Below, piece after piece: positions 1 to 6,247 of a stretch of 12,646 nucleotides of DNA. Position 1 is the first letter of the stretch, and each line of letters starts with the position of its first letter. The position numbers were made by a program, and so were the translations under genes. A model generated the notes under the pieces. The model worked only from the letters and a program-made list of their open reading frames with translations. It made no database searches and was not told where the DNA came from. Source of the stretch: an uncultured Alphaproteobacteria bacterium (GTDB lineage Bacteria; Electryoneota; RPQS01; DYHQ01). Location of the stretch: contig CAZJAD010000045.1 of assembly GCA_964543855.1 (NCBI GenBank), positions 4,200 through 16,845 on the forward strand. The letters are read 5' to 3'.

Positions 1-266
1 ATTTCGTCAAGAAGCGGCGCAAGGATAACCTTGTGTGGCATGGGTCGTGTGAAATCGCACAGCACCACGACCGCACTCGATCTCCCCTCGGCGATCTTGC
101 GAAGCGGTGGCGTGCCAATCGGCTCGGCGAGTGCCTTTGATACCTCGTGCACCGGAGCCGGAAGCGCAGGCGTGGCACGCGCTCGGAGCACAGTCGCACC
201 CGACGGCACATCAATCGTCACGGTGCCACGACCAAAAGGCAAGGCAATGTGCTGCACAGGTCTCAT
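1..266 (-). CDS. LarA-like / DUF2088 (lactate-racemase N-terminal domain) protein, N-terminal ~88 aa only; the gene continues past the window start
   Basis: Reverse-complement of 1-266 reads in frame from ATG(264-266): MRPVQHIALPFGRGTVTIDVPSGATVLRARATPALPAPVHEVSKALAEPIGTPPLRKIAEGRSSAVVVLCDFTRPMPHKVILAPLLDE... with no stop before the window edge. The pattern L-P-F/Y-G-x-G, a spacer, then V-V-L-C-D-F-TRP-x-P matches my memory of the LarA/DUF2088 N-terminal signature (LPYGK...SDxTRPxP). The start codon directly abuts the upstream stop (TAAATG). This ORF is not in the supplied ORF track because it has no stop inside the window. Confidence 0.5.
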   Translation of the reverse strand, partial: MRPVQHIALPFGRGTVTIDVPSGATVLRARATPALPAPVHEVSKALAEPIGTPPLRKIAEGRSSAVVVLCDFTRPMPHKVILAPLLDE

Positions 267-2045
267 TTACTTCAACAGCACGAGTCTGCGAATAGCCTGC
301 TTCCCATCCACTTTCAGGTGGGCAAAGAAAAGACCACTCGCCTGTGAAGTCGCTGACCATGAGACGCGATGCGTGCCGACCGGGTAATCCTCTCCATTGA
401 TAAGCTTGGCGACCTCGCGTCCGAGGATATCGTAAATGATGAGAGAGACTTTCCTGGGCGAACGCAGCTCAAAAGGAATCACGGTCACGGCATTGAACGG
501 ATTCGGGTAATTCGGCAAGAGGTGGAAGGTGACCGGAGTGCTGCTCGGCACCGGTGGCGCGCTGGAGTAATCAACATGAAGCGGACGCCATGGAATCAAC
601 GGCGTCGTTGGAATCTCAGCCACCGGAACCTCCTGATAGAGAACAGGATTCAGACTCGGTACCGCACCGTCAAGATCGATGTCACCCTGAAAGAAAATGC
701 GCAGATTGCCGTCCACGACTTCGGCCAGCGACGCATCGCGTTCGTGAGCCGTGGCCTGAGTGTCACCGACCGTCCATGAGAGGTTAATGCCCTCGGCCCA
801 CGCCATGCCGCCGTCCGTCGAGACTGTTGCCCAAATGTCAGCAGCCACAAGACCCCCCGGAGAAACATCGGCGGGATTCGAGTGCATGTAGGTGCAGTAG
901 AGGAATCCCGCTGTCGTGTCAATTCCCAGGGACGGTTGCTGAATCATATGGTCAAGGCTGGCGGGGAGAGAACCGTCGAATTCCTCCCAGCCCTCGGCGA
1001 GCGGTGAAAATACTTCCGTCGCCTCGCTCCAGTGCCAGATCATGCTGGCTTTGTCGGTCGTCATACCCTCGATTGCCCAATAGCCAATCGTCGTGAAGGC
1101 GATGTGAAGGTTGTCTTCCTCATCGAAGAGAAGCGCACAGTCGTTGAAGGACCGCAGCGTATCTTGATCGGCAAGCAGAGTATCCGGCAGCGCACTCAGA
1201 TCCGGTGGGAGAAAAGAAGTGACATTGGTCACCTCTCCCCATGTTGTGCCACCATCTTCAGAAATCATCAATAAGATGTCGTTGTTGTACTGATGGTAAT
1301 TGCCCTCGTAATCCGGCCGGAGGTCACTCCAGGCAATGGCGACTCTCGCGCTGTGGCGCGAACCGGCGACATTGTGCGATGAGAGAAGTTGCGACCCGAC
1401 CCGCACAGCGTCCGTGCCCTCGAACTGCGCCGTGATTGTGTCGTATATGGCTGACGAATACCAGACGCCGAACGAATCCGCCTCCGTGGTCATATCGGTG
1501 AAGATGGCATGGACACGGCCGCTAAGGTCACCGGCGATGTGCGGCTCAATCATCATGTAAGGCTGACCGGGGAACTCATAGCAGTCGAACTCACACACTC
1601 TCGGAAGATAATCCACGCAGACCTGGGCTTGAGCCTGCATTCCGCCATTGCCATGGTACGCGACCATCGCTCGACCCTCCGGTCGAAGGGCGAGATTTCC
1701 GTAGCCCGCTCGGGAGCCGATATCGACACGGCATCCTCCCGGCATGACCCATTCGCCCTCAGGGGACCGCACGCCGTAAGATATGTGACGCTCCGCTGGC
1801 GGGACATTGTCATCCATGGCATTCATCCAGCAAACATGGACGGACCCGGAAGCGTCGAGTGCAATCGTGCGGCCTACTTCGCCGCTGTGCTGGCGGCTGA
1901 TGTACGTTGTCCCGACCGTATCCACGATGCCCAGTGGCTGTGCAGCCAATTCCGCCGCCCCTCCGGTGACGATCAGAGCCAGTGCGAGCACTGCTGCCAC
2001 TATCGGGCGTCTTGGTGTTACTCTGTCAATCAACAAGTACCGCAT
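267..2045 (-). CDS. Secreted BNR-repeat (sialidase/glycosidase-like beta-propeller) protein with a T9SS type-A C-terminal sorting domain
   Basis: 592-aa ORF. The N-terminus MRYLLIDRVTPRRPIVAAVLALALIVTGGAAELAAQ looks like a signal peptide. Two BNR/Asp-box motifs (S-x-D-x-G-x-T/A-W) are present: ISEDGGTTWGEV and VSTDGGMAWAEG. The last ~85 aa (FHLLPNYPNPFNAVTVIPFEL...GLFFAHLKVDGKQAIRRLVLLK) is a textbook Por_Secre_tail / T9SS CTD (NYPNPFN ... K-x-V-LLK). A GGAGTG SD sits 5 nt upstream of ATG(2045). Confidence 0.85.
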   Translation of the reverse strand: MRYLLIDRVTPRRPIVAAVLALALIVTGGAAELAAQPLGIVDTVGTTYISRQHSGEVGRTIALDASGSVHVCWMNAMDDNVPPAERHISYGVRSPEGEWVMPGGCRVDIGSRAGYGNLALRPEGRAMVAYHGNGGMQAQAQVCVDYLPRVCEFDCYEFPGQPYMMIEPHIAGDLSGRVHAIFTDMTTEADSFGVWYSSAIYDTITAQFEGTDAVRVGSQLLSSHNVAGSRHSARVAIAWSDLRPDYEGNYHQYNNDILLMISEDGGTTWGEVTNVTSFLPPDLSALPDTLLADQDTLRSFNDCALLFDEEDNLHIAFTTIGYWAIEGMTTDKASMIWHWSEATEVFSPLAEGWEEFDGSLPASLDHMIQQPSLGIDTTAGFLYCTYMHSNPADVSPGGLVAADIWATVSTDGGMAWAEGINLSWTVGDTQATAHERDASLAEVVDGNLRIFFQGDIDLDGAVPSLNPVLYQEVPVAEIPTTPLIPWRPLHVDYSSAPPVPSSTPVTFHLLPNYPNPFNAVTVIPFELRSPRKVSLIIYDILGREVAKLINGEDYPVGTHRVSWSATSQASGLFFAHLKVDGKQAIRRLVLLK

Positions 2046-2069
2046 TCGTCGTTCACTCCAAAATCCTGA

Positions 2070-2927
2070 CTACGGGTTCAAGATAACCGGCAGCCCATCC
2101 TTGCCCGAACCGATGATGACCATCTTTGCATTCGATGATTCAGCGAGCTTGGCGGTTGCCTCGATGCCCTTCCAGCGAAGCAGCCCTTCCGTGATATCTC
2201 TCATAACGATGCGCTGGAAATCGGAGATGCCCTTCGCTTCAATGCGCTTGCGCTCGGCCTCTTGCGTCTCCTTGGCGATGACGAATTCCATACGCCGCGC
2301 CTCGTTTTCAGCGGCGGTCACTTGCTCGATGGCTTTGCGTACTTCATCGGGCGGGGTAACCTCACGAAGAAGTACCTTCTCCAGAATAACCCCCTTTTCC
2401 ATCAGGATGGGCGATGCCGATTCCATGATGGTATTGGCGATGAGCGTTCGATCGGAAGTGTAAAGGAACATCGGTTCATGCATCGCCGTTACCGCGCGCA
2501 GTTCGGAACGCATAAGGGGGGCAACGACCGTGTGCGCATACGCGATCGAAAGTTCACGATAGACTCGCGGGGCGGTGGCCGCATTGAGCCGATACCAAAC
2601 GGAAATATCCATCCCCAGATTCAGTCCGTTCTTGGCGGGGACTTCGGCGTGTTCTTTGAGTTCCGCAAGCTGGATATTCATCATAATCACGCGCGCCCAA
2701 GGGAGCTTGGCCCGCATGCCACTGATCAGCGACGTCTTCTGCACACGACCGAAAACATCCACAACCCCCGCATGGCCCGCCGGCACCACCACGAGCCCCG
2801 TGGCCGCCAGCAGAATCAATAGCAGCACTCCGCCCCCCGCGTACACGGCTGTGCGCATGTGAGGTACAGACATGGCAGCGATCCCCGTTCCCAAGATGAT
2901 GATGACTGCAAAAACAAAGAATTCCAT
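2070..2927 (-). CDS. SPFH / band-7 (prohibitin/HflC-like) membrane protein
   Basis: 285-aa ORF with an N-terminal TM segment (FFVFAVIIILGTGIAAM ... LLLILLAATGLVVVP). The body has SPFH hallmarks (GVVDVFGRV..., ...REVTPPDEVRKAIEQVTAAENEARRMEFVIAKETQEAERKRIEAKGISDFQ, ...KMVIIGSG). An AAGGGAG SD lies 8 nt upstream of ATG. No NfeD partner is visible. Confidence 0.85.
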   Translation of the reverse strand: MEFFVFAVIIILGTGIAAMSVPHMRTAVYAGGGVLLLILLAATGLVVVPAGHAGVVDVFGRVQKTSLISGMRAKLPWARVIMMNIQLAELKEHAEVPAKNGLNLGMDISVWYRLNAATAPRVYRELSIAYAHTVVAPLMRSELRAVTAMHEPMFLYTSDRTLIANTIMESASPILMEKGVILEKVLLREVTPPDEVRKAIEQVTAAENEARRMEFVIAKETQEAERKRIEAKGISDFQRIVMRDITEGLLRWKGIEATAKLAESSNAKMVIIGSGKDGLPVILNP

Positions 2928-2989
2928 GATAGCTCTCCCTTAGTGTAATGTTTTGGATTTTGCCCTATAGGCCTTCTTGCCGCTTTTCC

Positions 2990-3039
2990 ACAAAAAAATA
3001 AACGAAACTTCAACCCTTACAGCGGTACGAAGTTCCGCT
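2990..3039 (-). terminator. Putative rho-independent terminator downstream of the PstS-like gene
   Basis: Minus-strand reading gives AAGCGGAACTTC-[17-nt loop GTACCGCTGTAAGGGTT]-GAAGTTTCGTTT, a ~12-bp stem with two G.U pairs, immediately followed by ATTTTTTTG (plus-strand A-run at 2990-2998). It lies 25 nt after the TGA stop of the upstream gene. Confidence 0.4.
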
Positions 3040-3064
3040 TTGTCGCACATCCAACAGGCCCGTC

Positions 3065-3943
3065 TCAGAACATCTCGACGACGCGCACCGGAATCGTCGC
3101 CGGTCGGTAACCCGCGTCAGCGACCACCTTCTGTCCGGCATTCGAGACAATGAAGGTGAGAAAACCGGCGGCCACATCCGACTTCTGCCGGTTCGTAATG
3201 TAAGCGATCGTGAGCTTGAAGGGATAACGGGGCGGTTCAACGATTGTCTTGATATTGGGAGGGATCTCGATGGTGCCCGTTCGCCACCACAGCTTGCGCA
3301 GGTGCGTCTGATTGATCGGGAGGGACACAACCGCCAGCGCTCCAGCATCGGCCTCGGCCTTTTCAACGAGGTCCGCCTGAGTCGTACAGATGACCGCAAT
3401 GACCTTATCCAGGAGGCCGAAATAACTCATGAGTGCTTCCCAGCCTCCCTCGCCGGGAAGCGGCACATAAGGATGGCACGGGATATCCGGGCCCCCAACC
3501 TCGTCCCAGCTCTCCCATGTCCCGGTAAGAAACCGGCGCAGCGCCACCGAATCAATGGCCCGGACCGGGTTGTCGGGATGTACCCCAAAATAGAGCGGCA
3601 GCGTCGCCACCGGGTACTGGTAGATGGGTATGCTGTTTTGGGCGGCAACCAGAGACTCCGCCTCCAGAAGCGGTCGGTCCAAGAAGATCTGTTCCAGCGA
3701 GCCAAAAAGAAGAGAGTCAACCGCCACGCGTGTCCGGAGCTGTGCAAGATCAATGCGTGCGTCCGTATAATAGCTTTCGAACCGTTTGGCCAATTCCACG
3801 CCCAAATGCTCGGTGGATGAGGAGGCGTAGATGAATGCGGACCCCGAAGTGGGACTGGTTTTTTTCCCGGCAGGAGCACACCCGGCAAGCCAGATCAAGC
3901 CGAGCACAAGCGCTATGGCGAGACTATACAGTCTTTGATTCAT
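3065..3943 (-). CDS. PstS-family (PBP_like) periplasmic substrate-binding lipoprotein, an orphan phosphate-binding-protein homolog
   Basis: The track ORF 3065-4063 is trimmed to ATG at 3941-3943, which gives MNQRLYSLAIALVLGLIWLAGC (a lipoprotein signal with a lipobox Cys). The body carries PstS-like blocks: SGSAFIYASSSTEHLGVELAKRFE and ALRRFLTGTWESWDEVGGPD (compare PstS ...F.G.I.NW.EVGG.D...). There is no pstC/pstA/pstB nearby. The upstream in-frame extension to 4063 is Arg-rich and looks non-coding. Confidence 0.7.
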   Translation of the reverse strand: MNQRLYSLAIALVLGLIWLAGCAPAGKKTSPTSGSAFIYASSSTEHLGVELAKRFESYYTDARIDLAQLRTRVAVDSLLFGSLEQIFLDRPLLEAESLVAAQNSIPIYQYPVATLPLYFGVHPDNPVRAIDSVALRRFLTGTWESWDEVGGPDIPCHPYVPLPGEGGWEALMSYFGLLDKVIAVICTTQADLVEKAEADAGALAVVSLPINQTHLRKLWWRTGTIEIPPNIKTIVEPPRYPFKLTIAYITNRQKSDVAAGFLTFIVSNAGQKVVADAGYRPATIPVRVVEMF

Positions 3944-4196
3944 TGTCCCCGTTGGAAGTCTTCTTTGCCGAGCTCTCACGCAGAAACCTGTCACGAAACC
4001 CGCCGTATGGGCGACGCGGCGGCGGGGGCGCAAGAAGAAAAACCACGCCGCGGTAAAGGCCAAAAAGGACGGTTACAACGCCGAGCATGGGGCGCATGCC
4101 CGTGCCCGGCGGCAATCCCGGAAAGATCCAGCCAGCAAGAATCCCTGTGCCCATCACCAAAAAGAAAATCGGCAGGCCAAGTCGAAGCAGACGCAC
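3924..4196 (-). CDS. Hypothetical small membrane protein (two predicted TM helices), GTG start
   Basis: 90-aa ORF MRLLRLGLPIFFLVMGTGILAGWIFPGLPPGTGMRPMLGVVTVLFGLYRGVVFLLAPPPPRRP... Two hydrophobic helices are separated by a Pro/Gly turn. It sits between the tonB terminator and the PstS-like gene, and its 3' end overlaps the PstS-like start by 20 nt. The SD is weak and no homolog is recognised, so the call is low-confidence. Confidence 0.3.
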   Translation of the reverse strand: MRLLRLGLPIFFLVMGTGILAGWIFPGLPPGTGMRPMLGVVTVLFGLYRGVVFLLAPPPPRRPYGGFRDRFLRESSAKKTSNGDNESKTV

Positions 4197-4215
4197 TATC
4201 CTGCACCCGGAGAGG

Positions 4216-4245
4216 CGAACGAAAAGGGCCTCGTGAATGAGGCCC
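4216..4245 (-). terminator. Rho-independent terminator after tonB
   Basis: Perfect 7-bp GC-rich inverted repeat gggcctc-gtgaat-gaggccc (4226-4245). On the minus strand this reads GGGCCTC-ATTCAC-GAGGCCC followed directly by TTTTCGTT. It begins 10 nt after the tonB TAG stop. Confidence 0.6.
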
Positions 4246-4255
4246 GACGAGGTTA

Positions 4256-4999
4256 CTACTTGAATTCAAAATTGAAGGGAATGGCTATCCAGACACCCAC
4301 GGGGTTGTTCTGCTGAATCGCGGGTGTGAACTTCCACTTCTGGATGACTTTGATGACCTCCTCCTCAAAGCCAAGACCAGCCGGCTTGGCGGCCATGATC
4401 TCCCATCTGCGCACATCCCCCTTCTTGTCCACATAGATCTGCACGACCACTTTCCCCTTCACGCCAGCTGTCTTGGCCATTTCAGGATAATCTGGCTTTG
4501 GACTGACGATGGGCTGGGGAGCCACCTCGTAGGGCGTAAAAGTCTCCGAAGACGGAATGAGGTCCCCAAGTTCGAGCTCCTTGAACACCGTCTCCACATC
4601 GTCGCCGCCGAAAAGCGTGGTGTCCTCCGCTGGCGTGGCGGCCACGGCAAGCTCCTCCTGCGATTGAATCGTCACTTCTTCCTTCTCCTCCTCATCCGGC
4701 ACGGCGACCGGCTTGGCCGCCGCCGGTGGCGCAATCTTCGGTTGGGCCACCTTGATCGTCGGTGGGACCGTCTTGTCCGTGATGGACGGAGGAGCGCCAA
4801 GCATGGACGGATCCAGAACCACGACACGCTTGGGCGGAGGCGGCTTTCGGGTCAGGGCCAGTGCCGCAACATAAGAACCGACGGCCGTCCCATGGAGACC
4901 TACGGAGACGGCAAGGCCAATCCAGAGGTAACGCTTCAGATATTTCCTCAACTCGAAAGAACCGTAACGGTCTTTGGTCAGTTCTTCATAAACATCCAT
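4256..4999 (-). CDS. tonB: TonB-family energy transducer (N-terminal TM anchor, Pro-rich spacer, TonB_C domain)
   Basis: 247 aa with an N-terminal anchor LWIGLAVSVGLHGTAVGSYVAALAL. A proline-rich linker follows (KPPPPKRVVVLDP...PPTIKVAQPKIAPPAAAKPVAVP), then an acidic stretch. The C-terminal TonB_C signature is ...PDYPEMAKTAGVKGKVVVQIYVDKKGDV...FTPA...V..IPFNFEF. A GGAGG SD lies 6 nt upstream of ATG. Confidence 0.85.
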   Translation of the reverse strand: MDVYEELTKDRYGSFELRKYLKRYLWIGLAVSVGLHGTAVGSYVAALALTRKPPPPKRVVVLDPSMLGAPPSITDKTVPPTIKVAQPKIAPPAAAKPVAVPDEEEKEEVTIQSQEELAVAATPAEDTTLFGGDDVETVFKELELGDLIPSSETFTPYEVAPQPIVSPKPDYPEMAKTAGVKGKVVVQIYVDKKGDVRRWEIMAAKPAGLGFEEEVIKVIQKWKFTPAIQQNNPVGVWIAIPFNFEFK

Positions 5000-5109
5000 C
5001 GTTTACCTCCTCTCCGCTAAGCCCGTTTGCGCATGTCCCTGTCAGGCCTCCACTTCATAGGACGTGTCGGAACATACACTTGTTGCACTGGCGGATAGAG
5101 CTCTCACCT

Positions 5110-5115
5110 ATTATA
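5110..5115 (-). promoter_or_regulatory. Candidate -10 hexamer (TATAAT) for an internal tonB promoter in the 116-nt exbD-tonB spacer
   Basis: Minus strand reads ...GAA TAG TATAAT AGGTGAGAGC..., a perfect TATAAT immediately after the exbD2 stop. No convincing -35 box is present (the upstream 17-nt window falls in the coding sequence as CACCGA). Confidence 0.2.
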
Positions 5116-5724
5116 CTATTCACCTGTTTCCTCGGTGCCCGCTTCTGCCGCGGCAGCAGCCTCGGCGGCCTCCGCTTCGGCGACAAGGGCCATGCAATTC
5201 GCAGGGACACCCCCAAGCCGCAGCACCGAATCGTCTGCGAAGGTGTAGCGATCCAGACTGAAGCGAGTCGTCTTGGCCACATTGAACTCATCGATCAAGT
5301 TGACCATGCTCTCATAGTTTGCCAGTCGGCAAATCCGAGCCACGATAATCAGGCGGCTGCGTCCCTCTTTGTCCAGGCCGACAGCCGCTCTCCGCTCCAG
5401 GAGCTTGGGCCGCAGCGAATCCCACGGCAAGGGCTGGGGTAGATCATTCCCTACATTATAGAATAGCTCATCGGTCTCGATAACCCGCAGGGTCAAAAGG
5501 CGCGACTCGCCGACCTCCAGCTCCGTCGGGACTTCGGTTTCCGGGGGGAGATTGATCTCCATAGCCTGAGGCAATCGGAAGACGGTCGTCACCATGAAGA
5601 AGACGAGCAACAGGAAGGCGATGTCCACCATCGGCGTCATGTCGATCCGGATAGCAACCCGAGGGCGCTTCCACGCCTTTGCGCCACCACGTTCCTTCGG
5701 TCCGGCAGCATCAACAGCAGCCAT
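5116..5724 (-). CDS. exbD: ExbD/TolR-family biopolymer transport protein (second paralog), with a basic N-terminal extension and an Ala/Glu-rich C-terminal tail
   Basis: 202 aa. The core RIDMTPMVDIAFLLLVFFMVTT is the ExbD/TolR TM signature. An AAGGAGG SD lies 7 nt upstream of ATG(5722-5724). The C-terminal LVAEAEAAEAAAAAEAGTEETGE tail is encoded by a GCNGCC-rich low-complexity stretch (~5125-5190). Confidence 0.85.
   Translation of the reverse strand: MAAVDAAGPKERGGAKAWKRPRVAIRIDMTPMVDIAFLLLVFFMVTTVFRLPQAMEINLPPETEVPTELEVGESRLLTLRVIETDELFYNVGNDLPQPLPWDSLRPKLLERRAAVGLDKEGRSRLIIVARICRLANYESMVNLIDEFNVAKTTRFSLDRYTFADDSVLRLGGVPANCMALVAEAEAAEAAAAAEAGTEETGE
5593..5643 (-). repeat. Near-identical 51-nt block shared by the two tandem exbD paralogs (copy 1 of 2; copy 2 at 6154-6204)
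   Basis: 5615-5643 equals 6176-6204 exactly (aaggcgatgtccaccatcggcgtcatgtc, 29 nt). 5593-5604 equals 6154-6165 (catgaagaagac, 12 nt), with identical 10-nt spacing. Overall ~46/51 identical. The block encodes the DMTPMVDIAF...VFFM TM motif, including identical synonymous positions. The rest of the two genes is diverged. Confidence 0.9.
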
Positions 5725-5736
5725 TCACAGTCCTCC

Positions 5737-6243
5737 TTATCCAGCCTCTCCAACCGGCCGAACACCCTCGGGCTCGGTCTCGAGCTCAGTGATGAGATGG
5801 AATCGGGTCATCTTGTTCTTCTGAAGAGCGCCCATCACATCTTCCACCAGCCCGTAGTCGGCCTCCTTGTCCGCCTTCACGATAATACGAACCTTCGGAT
5901 TGTGCAGCCGGTAGTTCGTGATGACAACCGGGAGCTCACGCGTGGAGAATTCCTTGCTCGTGACTTGGCCGGTCTCCGTCTCCTTGATGAACCCGTGCTT
6001 GAGGTCCAGATTGGCCGCGCCAGTGGTCAAGAAGATCTTGTTCGCCTTCGGAATCGTGATGATGACAACATCAGACTCGGGGAGTTTGATCTCGGAATGG
6101 CTGGCCGCCAAACTCACCGAAAACTCCTCGGGTGGCTTGAACTGGGTCGTCGACATGAAGAAGACCAGAAGAAGAAAGGCGATGTCCACCATCGGCGTCA
6201 TGTCAATCTTGATCGGGATGCGTTTTGGCTTTGGAACCGCCAC
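5737..6243 (-). CDS. exbD: ExbD/TolR-family biopolymer transport protein (first paralog), GTG start
   Basis: 168 aa starting MAVPKPKRIPIKIDMTPMVDIAFLLLVFFMSTTQF... An AAGGAGG SD lies 9 nt upstream of the GTG. It starts 4 nt after the exbB stop. Confidence 0.9.
   Translation of the reverse strand: MAVPKPKRIPIKIDMTPMVDIAFLLLVFFMSTTQFKPPEEFSVSLAASHSEIKLPESDVVIITIPKANKIFLTTGAANLDLKHGFIKETETGQVTSKEFSTRELPVVITNYRLHNPKVRIIVKADKEADYGLVEDVMGALQKNKMTRFHLITELETEPEGVRPVGEAG
6154..6204 (-). repeat. Copy 2 of the 51-nt exbD paralog block (see 5593-5643)
   Basis: Direct character-by-character comparison of the two regions in the window. Confidence 0.9.
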
Positions 6244-6247
6244 GGCA

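Noticed and set aside
1509-2463. Plus-strand ORFs 1509-2069 (186 aa) and 1807-2463 (218 aa) spanning the T9SS-protein/SPFH junction
   Set aside because: Antisense shadows of two well-supported minus-strand genes. The translations are Ser/Arg-rich with no recognisable features.
2928-2989. Bacteroidetes-type promoter (TTTG ... TAnnTTTG) upstream of the SPFH gene
   Set aside because: The T-run here is better explained as the U-tract of the terminator at 2990-3039. No exact TAnnTTTG was found, and only a weak TTGTGG-18-TATAGG sigma70-like pair, which is too poor to report.
3010-3888. Alternative minus-strand ORFs 3010-3399 (129 aa) and 3427-3888 (153 aa) inside the PstS-like gene
   Set aside because: Out-of-frame overlaps with the PstS-like CDS. 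The translations are Arg/Ser/Pro-rich without motifs.
3943-4063. Upstream in-frame extension of the PstS-like ORF (track ORF 3065-4063 starting MAFTAAWFFFLRPRRRV...)
   Set aside because: The extension is Arg-rich and precedes a perfect lipoprotein signal peptide beginning at the internal ATG (3941-3943). It would also overlap the small TM ORF and the region just downstream of the tonB terminator.
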